Below are positions 10,387 to 21,379 of a stretch of 64,000 nt of DNA, piece by piece (position 1 is the first letter of the stretch; each line of letters opens with the position of its first letter). Both the position numbers and the translations under genes were made by a program. Source of the DNA: an uncultured delta proteobacterium (GTDB taxonomy: Bacteria; Desulfobacterota; Binatia; UBA9968); contig CAWJZV010000014.1 in assembly GCA_963847445.1 (NCBI GenBank), positions 1 through 64,000 of the forward strand, in the 5' to 3' direction. A model generated the notes under the pieces. The model was not told where the DNA came from, searched no databases, and worked only from the letters and a program-made list of their open reading frames with translations.

Positions 10387-11457
10387 CTACTCCTGAGTCA
10401 TCTTTCGCAGCGCGTCCCGCACCGGCCCGGTGGCGGCGCGGAATACGGCGGCATTGACTTTTGCCGCGTCCTCTCCGACAAAACTCACCAATTGGAAGCG
10501 CAAGACGCGTTCCGACTCCGCTTTGAACTCGGGGTTATCGAACGTGTCGCGAAAACCTTTGCGCAGGATCTCGACAGCCGCAACCGGCGTCTTGGGAGGG
10601 GCGACGACGAACCTGCCCATGCTGCGTACCGCGCCGGAAATCTTAAAGGCCTCGCCAATAGGCCCCGAGGGCTCGGTTTTTTTGACCGCTCTAAAGAACT
10701 CCTTGAACGTTGGCAGGTCGGCGCGCGGATCGCGAACGATATCTCCCTCGGGTCCGGCCAAACCGTCCTGATAGAGAGGCACGACAGTCCCTTCTCGTGC
10801 CATCATTGCGCCGCCCATGGTATATCCGGTGAGACCCTCAGAGGTGTAATTGATTTCGCCGCGTTGAACCGCGAGCCGCAGGTCGGCCTCACCCGCGTAG
10901 CCGGTCACATAACGGTAGGGCACGCCCAGCAGATCCAGCGCCATGCGCAGCGCCAGATCTTTGTTGCTCTCGCGGGTGAAACCTCCGATGACGATCGGTT
11001 TTGTCGGTTTGAGAATTTCCGCGGCGCCTTTCACCCCGGTATCGGCTCGAATGTAAACCACCGAAGTCTCGCCCACCCCGGCGATCATCGGCATGTTGTT
11101 GAGATCGAAGCGGACGCCCGAGCCGCCGAGAATCTGCGGCAAATAACCGCCGGAGAAAACACCGACGGTCAGTCCATCGGGATTGGCGACTTCGTAAACA
11201 TAGTTGGCGCCGACATTGCCCCCGCCGCCAGGCATGTTCTGAACCACGACCGTCGGGTTTCCGGCAATAAGCTTGGGCAGGTATCTGGCGGTGAGCCTGG
11301 CAACCACATCCGTAGCGCCTCCGGCAGGGTAGTTTACCAGCAATCGAAGGGTCTTCCCTTTATAGAACGGCTCCTGGGCAAGCACCGATTGGCTTGCCAT
11401 GCACAAGCCGAGGCCAATGACTATGGTCAAAAAATAGCAACAGCTTTTACCAGCCAT
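10387..11457 (-). CDS. Bug/TctC tripartite tricarboxylate transporter substrate-binding protein
   Basis: FYKGKTLRLLV, PAGGATD, NMPGGGG, PDGLT motifs. Confidence 0.9.
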   Translation of the reverse strand: MAGKSCCYFLTIVIGLGLCMASQSVLAQEPFYKGKTLRLLVNYPAGGATDVVARLTARYLPKLIAGNPTVVVQNMPGGGGNVGANYVYEVANPDGLTVGVFSGGYLPQILGGSGVRFDLNNMPMIAGVGETSVVYIRADTGVKGAAEILKPTKPIVIGGFTRESNKDLALRMALDLLGVPYRYVTGYAGEADLRLAVQRGEINYTSEGLTGYTMGGAMMAREGTVVPLYQDGLAGPEGDIVRDPRADLPTFKEFFRAVKKTEPSGPIGEAFKISGAVRSMGRFVVAPPKTPVAAVEILRKGFRDTFDNPEFKAESERVLRFQLVSFVGEDAAKVNAAVFRAATGPVRDALRKMTQE

Positions 11458-11540
11458 TTTATTTTCTCCTTTTTAGCCAGCCGCGAGGTTTAATGGCAAC
11501 AAGTTACCAAGCCTATCTTTCCGCAGGCGGCCGGAAGGCT

Positions 11541-11953
11541 CCACCACAGAGGCCTAGCGCGACATAGCCGCAACCAAATGGGAAAGATTTTTCACCACGA
11601 AGGACCTAACGCGGCACAGCCGCAACCGAATCTCGGAATATCTGCCGCAAAGACTTCATGTCCAATCGGTACTACTAGACGTGGAAATTAACGCGCGCTT
11701 AAAACCGCGGAAATCCATGGCCTCGTTTGCCGGGAACACTAGAACCTGGGATCTTTGCCTCTTCGCAAGAGGCGTAAGCTCGCAAAGGTCAGAGAATAAG
11801 ATCGTAAATATCTTGCAAGAATCTATCCTCGCACGCGTATTTTGCGACCTTGGCGGAGTCGATCTTTGGGTATTGCAGAGACCGAAATTGCACGAAGTTT
11901 CAGCAATAGTAGTACGAGTCACGAAACGGTCTGCTCGTGACCTTCGTGGTGAG
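11541..11953. mobile_element. Multiply nested repeat/MITE cluster (CACGAAG-type repeat containing element E)
   Basis: Two CCTARCGCGRCAYAGCCGCAACC ends (11553, 11605), right end AATAGTAG at 11912, closing CCTTCGTGGTGA. Confidence 0.75.
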
Positions 11954-11991
11954 TTCCGCCGGATAAACGACTAACAGCATGAGAGACTCCA

Positions 11992-13153
11992 CTAGGGCGC
12001 GCCGAAACATTTAGTCGCGTTGTCCCAGAGCATTTTCCCCATGACCTGCTCTCCCAAAGATTTCCACGCCAGCACCTTGTTCGTGGACTCGGGAAAGCGC
12101 GACTCCGCGTGCGGGTAATCGGACGAATACATTAACACGCCGTCGCCGAGGAAGTCGGTGACCATGCGCGCCATCTTCTCGCCTTCGTGGATCACCACGC
12201 TGGCGAAGAAGCGCCCACTGGTCATGTATTCGCTGGGTTTGCGAGCGAGATATTCCGGCAGCGCGTAAGCCATGTATTCGCATTGATCGTCCATCCGCGC
12301 GGCCCAGAACGGCAGCCAGCCAAAGCCAGACTCGAGGATGCAGTAGCGAATGTTCGGATACCGATCCATGATCCCGGCACCGAAGAATGCAGTGATTGCC
12401 CGCATCGCACCCCACGGATGCGACGCCGTCCGGCCGATGAACGGGTTGTCCCACAGATCGCGGTAGCCGGGATAGCCGGCGGTGAAACTATGATGCGCCA
12501 CGCACAGCCCGGCGTCATTGGCCGCGGCCCAGATCGGCTCCAAGTCCGGATGGTCGATGGGAACGCCCTCTGCCAAATTGGGATGGATGCCCGCGGCCCA
12601 GGGCGCCCGCGCCCAGGTTTTGATTTCTTGCACGGAATCAATGATCGCTCGGCTGCTGACGACGATGAGAGACTTCAGACGATGCGGCTGCTTAGCGCAG
12701 AAGTCATCGGTAAAGCGGTGGTTGGCCCGGATAAAACCGATCTCAATCTCGACCTCGTCCGTGGCCGGCGGCAGTCCGGGCAGCATGAGCTGAACGTCCA
12801 CGCCCTCCTCGTCCATGTCCCGGATGCGCGCGTCAGCGTCATGATCCGACCCGCCGGGCGTCGGAAAACGGCTCCCCATGAACTTCGGGAAGTGCGGCTC
12901 GACATGCGACCCGCGGTCCCGCTTCGCCAAGAATACGCAGCTGCTCACGCCAGCCGCTTCTTTTCTTGAACTGGTAACGGTGGCGATACGGCGGTTCGAG
13001 AATCTCGCCGGCCCAGCCAGTGCGAAACGGCACCTTGCAGCTCGCCCACTCCGGCAGCCGCTGGCGCATGGCCGCATCGAAGTAGGGTTCCAGAGTTTCG
13101 GCCAAAGGATTGAGGTGGGTGTCCGAATCATAAATCTTAAAACCGTCGCGCAT
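11992..13153 (-). CDS. Amidohydrolase_2 family protein, frameshifted
   Basis: DSDTH N-terminal motif, DMDEEGVDVQ, LESGFGW, SSDYPH. Confidence 0.85.
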
Positions 13154-13330
13154 GGGAAATCCTTCCTTGCGTGCCGTAGCAACGACTGTGAAGCCATCCA
13201 TAACACGACCAGCGGCGCTGGTGAACATTTAGTCGTGATCCCAGCGGAACGACGGGAACAACAATTTCGGCATTCCTCGAGACTATGGCTGGCTTTCAAA
13301 GGCTTGAATGGTTGGAACATTTTGAACGAA

Positions 13331-13504
13331 ATGAACTATCCCACAGCAAGCTACGGGGATCGAAGCAACGCACTTCGGATGAAACTGTAGGGTGGGTAGA
13401 GGTGCAAAGCGCCGATACCCACCGTTCGGAATGATGGGTATCGCTAACGCTCCACCCATCCTACGTCGGACTCAAAGCGCACCAAGCTGCGGGGAATCAA
13501 CCCC
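13331..13504. mobile_element. IS200/IS605-like MITE remnant with an internal GTAG-type REP doublet (13387-13464)
   Basis: Ends ATGAACTATCCCACAGCAAGCTACGGGG and CAAGCTGCGGGGAAT; internal GTAGGGTGG..CCATCCTAC inverted pair. Confidence 0.65.
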
Positions 13505-13570
13505 AGCGATTGGAAACACGATTCACGAGGTATTGCATGTGGCCTTCTTGCTCGGCGCCGTTTGTCTTGC

Positions 13571-14591
13571 CTACAGTCCGTGGCGCTTTTTCGCTTCGGC
13601 GACGAAGCCGGTTTCTTCGAGCGTCTTGACGAAATTACCATTGATGATCTGGTGAATATCCAACTGGCCGACTCGAGGAGTCACTCGGGCAACATACTTT
13701 TGAATATTTTTCCAAGCCTCCGGATCGGGAGCGACATCGAGGGAAGACACCGTGCGTAGTGCGTTGTAAGAGGTCTCGGCGTCCTGGTCTGTGCTCAGTC
13801 GGAGATGCTTCTTGAGCACGTCCATGACCTCGCGTTTGTTGCGCGGGCTTTGAATAAACACCACGCCCTCGACCATGCCTTTTACCAAGCGCATGATCAG
13901 GTCCGGCGAATTGGCGATCCGGTCGCTGCGCGTACAGATTCCCACGCCTTGATAAGGAACCTTCAGCTCCGTGGTATTCGCTAGGGAGCGCAGCCCGGCC
14001 CGTTTTGCCACCGCGGCTGAAGCCTGGGTGATCACCGCCGCGTCGATGTTCGAGGCGAGCAGGGCTTGGAGAATCGTCGGTTCGTCGCCGATCACGCGCA
14101 TCTGCAATTTGTGCTTGTCGGCATCGACGCCGAGCCGATCCAAAACGATCATCGTTTGCAACCAGAAGCCGCCGCCGATGCTCTGCACGCCGAAGATTTT
14201 CTCCCGCAGGGCGGCAAGCGAGTCGATTTCCGGTCGCACGATCAGCTCCCGCGCGATCTTGTTGAAGGGACTGGCGACGCAGCCGAGCTTTGCTCCTCCG
14301 GAGACGCCGCTGATGACCGAAGAAACCGCGGGCCAAAAGGCCTGGACATCTCCCGCCATCACAGCCGTTAGGCTGATCTGGCCGTTGCGCACCTGGAGCA
14401 TGTTGACGTCGAGGCTGTATCTCCTGAAAATGCCCTTGTCCACGGCGACCCACATGGGACCGACGGTCTCATTATGACCTCCGTAGGAGATCAGCAGCTT
14501 GTCCTGAGCCGGCAGCTGCCGAGAGCATCGCCAGCGTCACCAATAGAAAAACGCTGGCGTAAATTATCCAGTGCTTGCCTGTGAAATGCAC
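13571..14591 (-). CDS. NMT1/SsuA/THI5-like ABC substrate-binding protein; signal region frameshifted
   Basis: PMWVAVDKGIFRRY, SLAALREKIFGV; GGAGG before the GTG at 14591. Confidence 0.8.
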
Positions 14592-14843
14592 GTTTACCTC
14601 CAAAAAATCAGGCTATTCTTAGATTCGTTCCGCGCCCCGCCTGGCGGGCGCAACGTACCGCCAATTCCGCACATCTACGCCCTGTGCAGCTTCCCAGTCC
14701 GTTTTTCCGAACGGTCTTTGCCGGATTCTTGTTTTATCGCTTCGTTTCCGTCAGCGACCAGGCTCATCATTGACAACCTTTCGACGTTTCGAGAATTCCC
14801 GAAACGTGGACAGCTCCTCGTCTGAATCTTAGCATTTAAACAT

Positions 14844-14885
14844 TTGAACGGAGCGAAGCGGTTGAACGATTGGAACGGCTTGAAC
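14844..14885. repeat. TTGAAC periodic repeat array
   Basis: The 25-mer TTGAACGGAGCGAAGCGGTTGAACG is identical to the reverse complement of 53198-53222. Confidence 0.8.
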
Positions 14886-15353
14886 TGGCCGCTCCTTCGA
14901 TATCCCGAACCACGAGCACTCACACGGTCGTGTGATTCGTCCTCGTGGAATTCTCGGCACGACGGCCTTCTACCATAGCGCGCCGCGGCGCTTCAATCGA
15001 AAAGTTGCTGTCCCTTTTCTTACCTTGCTCTCTTTTCTCCCCTTGTGCCAGCTAATCTTTCGCGCTACACGCTACCAACGAGGATGATTCAGAAAACAGC
15101 GGGCGTACACCACGCCGTCGTAATGGTACGGTCGTCATCGAAAACGTCAGCTGCGACCGGTGCTTGTCCTGGCCGGATTCTGCGGCCACGGGCGGGGCAG
15201 AACTGACCCATGAGGTTTGAGTTCAATGAGCGCCAAGGGGTTATTGCAATCGTTGCAAATGCCACCAAGACGGTTTAACGCGTAGATCGTGTGGAACGTC
15301 TTTGAGGAGCTATGAGGTGACCGGTGGGTTTATCAGATCACACTGGAGGCAGA

Positions 15354-16397
15354 ATGCAAAAGATTAACGTGCTCGCCGCTGTCGCGTTCCTAAGCCTGTT
15401 TATCGGCTCGCCGCACGGGCTTCAAGCGCAATCGAATTTCTATCGGGACAAAACGATCACGATAATTGTCGGCACGGTGCCCGGCGGGCTCTACGACCTC
15501 TGGGGGCGTCTGTTTAGCCGAATCATGGGCAAATACATTCCAGGCAACCCCGGCATGGTGGTGCGGAATATGCCGGGCGGCGGTTCCATGATCGCGGCCA
15601 ACTATTTGTCCGGTGTGGCCAAACCCGACGGCCTCACCATCGGCATGTTTCAAACGCATATGTACCTCCAGCAATTGGTGCGGCAACCCGAGGTCAAGTT
15701 TGACGTGCTTAAGTTCAACTGGCTCGGCTCGCAGGAGAAAGGCACGATGGTGCTTTACATCCGCGGCGACTCGCCGTACCGATCCATCGACGAAATCATC
15801 AAAGCCAAGGAGCCGCCGAAATGCGGCGCCACCGGATTGTCGGATCAAACCACGTTATTCACCCGTCTGTTGGAAGAAACCATCGGCGCGCGTTTCACCC
15901 GCGTCCTCGGCTACCAAGGCGGCAGCGAAGTCGATCTCGCCATGGAAAGAGGCGAGATCATTTGTCGGGCGACGCGCGTCACGGTTCACTTTAGCCGGGA
16001 GCCGTTTATCAGTTGGGACAAAAAGGGCTTCGACCGGCATCTGGTTCAAGCCGGCGACAAGCGCGATCCGCGGCTGCCGGACACGCCGACGATTTTGGAA
16101 CTGATGGATAAATATAAAACCTCGGAAGTCGGCCGGCGCTTCGCGCGCGTGATTCTGGCTGGCGACGAGTTGGGCCGGCCCATGGTGGCGCCGCCGGGAG
16201 TCCCCCTGGAACGGGTGAAGATTCTGCGCGAAGCCTATAACAAAGCCCTGAAGGATCCCGAGTTACTGGACGAGGTCAAAAGGTCGAGACTCGACATGGA
16301 ACCCATCACCGGTCAGGAACTCGAAGTGCTTTATAAGGAATTGATGGACCAGCCCCGGGCCGTCGTGGATTTGGTAAAAAAGCTCGAATCGAATTAA
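15354..16397 (+). CDS. Bug/TctC substrate-binding protein
   Basis: FYRDKTITIIVG, PGGLYD, NMPGGGS, KPDGLT. Confidence 0.9.
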   Translation: MQKINVLAAVAFLSLFIGSPHGLQAQSNFYRDKTITIIVGTVPGGLYDLWGRLFSRIMGKYIPGNPGMVVRNMPGGGSMIAANYLSGVAKPDGLTIGMFQTHMYLQQLVRQPEVKFDVLKFNWLGSQEKGTMVLYIRGDSPYRSIDEIIKAKEPPKCGATGLSDQTTLFTRLLEETIGARFTRVLGYQGGSEVDLAMERGEIICRATRVTVHFSREPFISWDKKGFDRHLVQAGDKRDPRLPDTPTILELMDKYKTSEVGRRFARVILAGDELGRPMVAPPGVPLERVKILREAYNKALKDPELLDEVKRSRLDMEPITGQELEVLYKELMDQPRAVVDLVKKLESN

Positions 16398-16570
16398 CCG
16401 CAGACCGGAAGAGTTTTATGGATCGCGGTTCGACCATCCAACTATCTTTTCGTCATCGGGTCGAAGCGCGCCTTATCTCAGCATTTTCGATAGTTTTCTC
16501 CGAGGCGATTTGCCGGATGCTGTCTGGCGAATTCTCGGGTTCAACAGTTCAAGGACGGATTCGAATAGAA

Positions 16571-16644
16571 ATGCCACGTTTCCGGAATTCCGGAAACATG
16601 GCATTAACGGCAATCAGCCTGAGGCGCCGATCCGGCACCTCAGG
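16571..16644. terminator. Two adjacent palindromes between convergent genes; possible bidirectional terminator
   Basis: 34-bp near-perfect palindrome at 16571-16604 and hairpin CCTGAGG..CCTCAGG. Confidence 0.5.
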
Positions 16645-16673
16645 TCTGACTAGGATCTGGGGAAATCTCGCGG

Positions 16674-17231
16674 CTATTTAGGATCGACGGCTAGTTGGGA
16701 AAGCTTCAGCGCGACGCCGAGCGTCAAAGGATTATCGCCGGTGCTGAGAGCCGTGCCCAATCTTTCGATCTCCCACGATGAGACCTTTTCTAACTTGACC
16801 TCTTCTTTCGCGGCGGCCTGCAACTTATCGGCCTGAGGCAGTTTGATCAGGTATTTGACGTTGTTGCCGTCGCTTAGCGTCACCGAGAGCACCATCTGTT
16901 TGCCCTCTTCGGTGGCCAATGTTTGCAGCCCGGCGATGCGCGTCGAGAGGCTCGTCTTATTCACGGTATCGGTGTAGAGCCAGATGAAGGCGCCGATAAA
17001 GGCAACCATCACCAACCAAGCATACTGGCCGACCCGTTTCTGGCGCGTTACCGACCGGCTTCTCTGGAGCTCGAAGAATTTTCGGTAAGACTCCTTTTCC
17101 GCCGTGAGTTTCTTGACCGGATCTTGTTCGGTCGAACTCGGCGGTTGATTGAAACCGAGGTCCATGCTGTTCAATATCAAACCCAGGATCACCAAACCCA
17201 AGGGAATGGCGACCAATAATATAGGATGCAT
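16674..17231 (-). CDS. Hypothetical membrane protein with 2 TM segments
   Basis: Two hydrophobic helices; AAGGAG upstream of ATG. Confidence 0.7.
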   Translation of the reverse strand: MHPILLVAIPLGLVILGLILNSMDLGFNQPPSSTEQDPVKKLTAEKESYRKFFELQRSRSVTRQKRVGQYAWLVMVAFIGAFIWLYTDTVNKTSLSTRIAGLQTLATEEGKQMVLSVTLSDGNNVKYLIKLPQADKLQAAAKEEVKLEKVSSWEIERLGTALSTGDNPLTLGVALKLSQLAVDPK

Positions 17232-17588
17232 TAAACTCTCCTTTTCAGGCTCCGATAGCCTGTCGATCTTGGAAGAGGAAGGGGACAGAACCGGGGAAGA
17301 ACATTCGCCGTCGAACCGGAACCGAAGTCCGTGTCACCGCTGTCTAGGTGGCCCGGCCTTCTACCTCTTGCGCGCCATTACAGATCTCGAAAATCCTATA
17401 GGTCTTTCAACCTATCTCAGTTAACCTAACCTGACTTGGGAAAGATTGCTGTCCAATATTGGACAACCTTGAAAAGAATAAAAGACCGGGTCTCGGCGTG
17501 CTGAGAAAGAATGGATGCGGATAATGGCGGCAGGCCAGAGCGCCGGTTCGAAGGTTCAACCGGCGCGACACCGCGGCCACGATGCGCT

Positions 17589-18290
17589 TTACAGCACCCC
17601 TCCTGCACTCACCTTAGCCGACTGCTCGATCAACTGATGCGCCTCTTCCTTGCCCAAGTAGCGGTCGATGGCGGCGTGGCCGGCGTAGAGGAACGGTGTG
17701 ACGCTGAGGGCGACGATCAATTTGAAGGAATAGTTGGATGCGGCCACGGTGAGGAATTCCGAAGTCTTTATTTTGCCCGGCAGCCAGAAGGCGATGCCGA
17801 TGATGACGATGCTGTCGATCAATTGGGAGACCACGGTGGAGCCGGTGGCGCGCATCCAGAGGTATTTCCCGCCGGTTTTATGGCGCACCAGCCAGAAGAT
17901 AAAGACATCGACCAGTTGGCTGAGCGCGAAAGCGATGACGCTGCCGACGATGATCCACAACGACTGGCCGAACACGCCTTGGAACTGCGCGTCGGTGACC
18001 GGCGAAAACGAGGCGGCGGGCACTTGCATGGCCAGAAACAGGATGACGAAGGCGTAAACGATCAGGCCGATGGTCATGAAGGTCAGCCGCCTGACCCCTT
18101 CCCGGCCAAAGTATTCGTTGATCAGATCGGTGGCGATGAACACCACCGGCCAGGGAATCACGCCGATGCTCAAGGTAAATGGACCGAAGGTAAAGAGCTT
18201 GCCGCCGGTCAGTTCGCCGAGGATCGCGTTGGTGACAAAGAAGCCGGCCAGCGCCAGGTAGACAATATCCCTGCGGCTTTGAGTTCCCAT
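17589..18290 (-). CDS. yhhQ: Queuosine precursor transporter (YhhQ/DUF165)
   Basis: TDLINEYFG, GSVIAFALSQLVDV, RATGSTVVSQLIDS. Confidence 0.85.
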   Translation of the reverse strand: MGTQSRRDIVYLALAGFFVTNAILGELTGGKLFTFGPFTLSIGVIPWPVVFIATDLINEYFGREGVRRLTFMTIGLIVYAFVILFLAMQVPAASFSPVTDAQFQGVFGQSLWIIVGSVIAFALSQLVDVFIFWLVRHKTGGKYLWMRATGSTVVSQLIDSIVIIGIAFWLPGKIKTSEFLTVAASNYSFKLIVALSVTPFLYAGHAAIDRYLGKEEAHQLIEQSAKVSAGGVL

Positions 18291-18331
18291 CTTGGATTAT
18301 CCCGTTGTCCGATCGACAGCTCGCGCCCAGG

Positions 18332-19342
18332 CTATTTCATGCCGAGATTTTTCAGAAAACCTGACTTGGTCAAGGCTTCGACAAAAGAATTATCGTAGAA
18401 CTCTTTGGGATCGGCGTTTTTCACTTTGGGAAACTCTTTTTCATCGATGTACTCGAATTGGCCGCGGATCGCTTCGGGCCGCACCGCCAGGCTCATGGCC
18501 CAGTAGGGCGCGAATGCATCGTAGGTGCCGTCGATGGTCGGCGCGTCGTCGATCTTGGCGTATTTGCCGATGGCTTTTTTCGCCACCGCGGGCTCCTGGC
18601 GCGACAACACCACGCCTTCGGCGATCGCTTTCAAGAAGGCATACACGGTGTTGGGATTATTTCTTAGATATTTTTCCGTGGCGCCGTAGGTCACTTGGAA
18701 CGCCGGGATATTCAGTTTGCCGATGTCGACCAGCAAATTGAGCCCCGACTCTTTGGCCTTGATGGTATTGGGCGCCGACAGCGTGCCGGCGGCGGTCTTG
18801 CCGCCGAGGATCGAACTCAAGATCGCCGGCACCGACTGCACGTACAGGATCTGCACGTCCTTGTCCGGCACCAGGCCATTTTTTTTCAGCGCTTCGCGGG
18901 TGGCGGTATCGAGGGCGGCGCGCGGCGTGCTCGCCGCCACGGCTTTGCCTTTTAGGTCTTGGATGGTTTTGATTTCCTTGGCGCCCCAGATCTGAAACAC
19001 CAACTGCTGGATGGTGCCGCCGAAATATTTCACCTGGCCGCCGTGCAAGCGCGCGTTGATCAGATCCGGCCCGTTGGTGTAAAAGTCCGCCTCCTCGGCG
19101 ATCACCGCCTGCGCCGACACCTGCGGCGTGAGCAATTGCAAGGTGGCGTTCAAGCCATACTTCTTGAACAACCCCGCTTCATAGGCCACCCAGATCGGCG
19201 TGAACGCGCCGCTCGGCTGCGCGTAGGTGACCACGACATCCGACTTTTCCGGCTTACCGCCAGGCTCGGCGGCGCGGGCAAGTTGAGTCGACATAAGCGC
19301 TAAACAAGTGCTAAATATTATCGCGTTTAGAAATTTCATCAC
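18332..19342 (-). CDS. NMT1/SsuA/THI5-like ABC substrate-binding protein
   Basis: Signal peptide; PIWVAYEAGLFKKYGL; DLKGKAV; YDNSFV. Confidence 0.85.
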   Translation of the reverse strand: MMKFLNAIIFSTCLALMSTQLARAAEPGGKPEKSDVVVTYAQPSGAFTPIWVAYEAGLFKKYGLNATLQLLTPQVSAQAVIAEEADFYTNGPDLINARLHGGQVKYFGGTIQQLVFQIWGAKEIKTIQDLKGKAVAASTPRAALDTATREALKKNGLVPDKDVQILYVQSVPAILSSILGGKTAAGTLSAPNTIKAKESGLNLLVDIGKLNIPAFQVTYGATEKYLRNNPNTVYAFLKAIAEGVVLSRQEPAVAKKAIGKYAKIDDAPTIDGTYDAFAPYWAMSLAVRPEAIRGQFEYIDEKEFPKVKNADPKEFYDNSFVEALTKSGFLKNLGMK

Positions 19343-19409
19343 TGCCCTCGCCTATTTTGAATTTTCCAAAACTAACCCCTAGCCACCTGACTCACTAGCC
19401 ACTCTGTCC

Positions 19410-21137
19410 CTATTTCGCCAACCGCATATCGGCGATCTTCAACTCGACGCTGGTGTTGCCATTCCATTGGTTTTCGGCCAACCGGTAGGCCACGTCAATG
19501 CTCTCACCGGGCCGTCCAGGGTATTCATCGCCGACGCCGAAAATCACGCCGCTGACCATTTTGCCCGCCTGGCGCAAACGGAAGCGCACGCCGGCGGAAA
19601 ATACCTTGCGCTCGCAGACTTCGGCGTCAAACGTCGCGAACACCGGTTCCGGATTGCCGACGCCAAAGGGCTGCATGACTTCCAGTTCGCGCATCAAGGG
19701 CAAAGTTAACTGCGAGAAATCCAACTGCGCGTCGATTTCCAACAGCGGCGACAGTTGTTCGGCGGAGAGAGTTCGGCGCGCCGCCTGCTCGAACGCTTCG
19801 GCGAACGGCGCCAACTGCTCCGGCCGGATCGACAAGCCGCCGGCGAACTCATGGCCGCCGAATTTATCCAAATGATCGGCGCAGGCGTGAAACGCCTCGA
19901 CCATATGAAAGCCGCGGATGCTGCGCGCCGAGCCTTTGCCGACGCCGTCATTGAAACCGATCACCACCGTCGGGCGGTAGAAGCGCTCGACCACCCGCGA
20001 CGCGACGATGCCGAGCACACCGGGGTGCCAACCTTCGCCGGCCAACACCAGCGAGTGGCGGTCGCCGGCGGCAATCGCCGCTTCGGCCTGCGCCAGGGCA
20101 TGCTGCTGCACTGCCGCTTCGATGGCTGCGCCGTTCGAGATTATGCTCCTCCAACTCTTGAGCGATGCGCTGGGCGGTTTCAGCGGAATCGGTAGTCAAG
20201 CAGCTCGACGACTTTGATGCCGTAGTCCACCCTGCCGGCGGCATTGATGCGCGGCCCCAAGCGAAAGCCCACTTGCCCGGCGCTGACATCGCCGTCGGAA
20301 TCCCGGCGACTTTTTTGAGCGCAACCACGCCGGGCCTAGTCGAAATCCCCAACTCGGCGAGGCCGCGCTTGATCAACGTCCGGTTGACGCCCCTGAGCGG
20401 CACCATGTCGGCGATGGTGCCAAGCGTGACGATGTCGAGAAAATGGCGGATATCGGGAGCGGCGCCGTGCTTGAACCAGCCCGCTTCGCGCAACTTGGCG
20501 CGCAAGCCGATCACCAAGTAGAAAGCCAGCCCGGCGGCGCACATGCCTTTGTCGGGAAACGGCAGTCCTTGCGATGCGGATTCACCACCGCCACCGCCGG
20601 CGGCAGCACTTCGGGCGGTTGATGATGATCGACGACGACTAGATCGAGACCGAAGCCATTCGCGGCGGCAACTTCTTTGGCGTTGGAGATGCCGCAGTCG
20701 ACGGTGATCACCAAGCCGGCGCCGCGCTTCTTGAGCGCTTCAGACCTTCGACGTTGAGACCGTACCCCTCTTCGATGCGATGCGGCACATGGTAGATCGG
20801 CTTGGCGCCGATCTCGCGCAAGAACGACACCAGCACCGACGCCCCGGTGGTGCCGTCGACATCGTAATCGCCCCAGATGCCGATCTGTTCATTGTTGCGT
20901 CACGGCATCGACGATGCGATCCACCGCCGCGTCCATATCCGCCATTTCGAAGGGCGACGGCAGATCCGAACGTAAACTCGATGACAGGTAGCAGCGGGTC
21001 GCGTCGTTGTCGGTAAAGCCGCGCAAGGTCAGGATGCGCGCGATCAGCGGCGAAAGCTTAAGTTCTTCGGCGAAACGCTTGACCGTCGCTTCGTCGCTCG
21101 GTTTCAAGCGCCAACGCTTGGCAAGATCATGCGGCAT
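19410..21137 (-). CDS. recJ: ssDNA-specific exonuclease RecJ, several indels
   Basis: GDYDVDG, ITVDCG, DHH, GTIADMVPL, GSARS and FGGH motifs spread over frames. Confidence 0.9.
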
Positions 21138-21170
21138 GGAGAGTTACGAGATCAAAAAGAGAAACCGATC

Positions 21171-21302
21171 TCACCACGAAGTCATGAGCGCACGAAGAGA
21201 CACGAAATGGTTTGTACTCGAACATGATTCTCGAATGTCATTCCCGCACGCGGAATTCAGGTTGATCTGCGCAATCAGCCTGGATCCCGCTTGCGTGGTG
21301 AC
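21171..21302. repeat. Empty CACGAAG-type repeat plus CGTC-type (GTCATTCCCGC..) inverted repeat
   Basis: TCACCACGAAG..CACGAAGAGACACGAA; GTCATTCCCGCACGCGGAATTC..GGATCCCGCTTGCGTGGTGAC. Confidence 0.6.
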
Positions 21303-21379
21303 GGAGCAGGCTCTTCCGATATCTTCATGACTTGAGGTGCGAAGCTGACATTCGGAAAATTAATGTTTCGACTTCGGCT

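Noticed and set aside
10345-11493. Long antisense ORFs, e.g. 10345-11493, 45211-46290 and 62514-63575
   Set aside because: Shadow ORFs of real GC-rich genes on the opposite strand, with no motifs.
18291-18331. preQ1 riboswitch upstream of yhhQ (also looked upstream of queA)
   Set aside because: The gap is only 41 bp with no recognisable aptamer; the queA leader is occupied by nested repeats.
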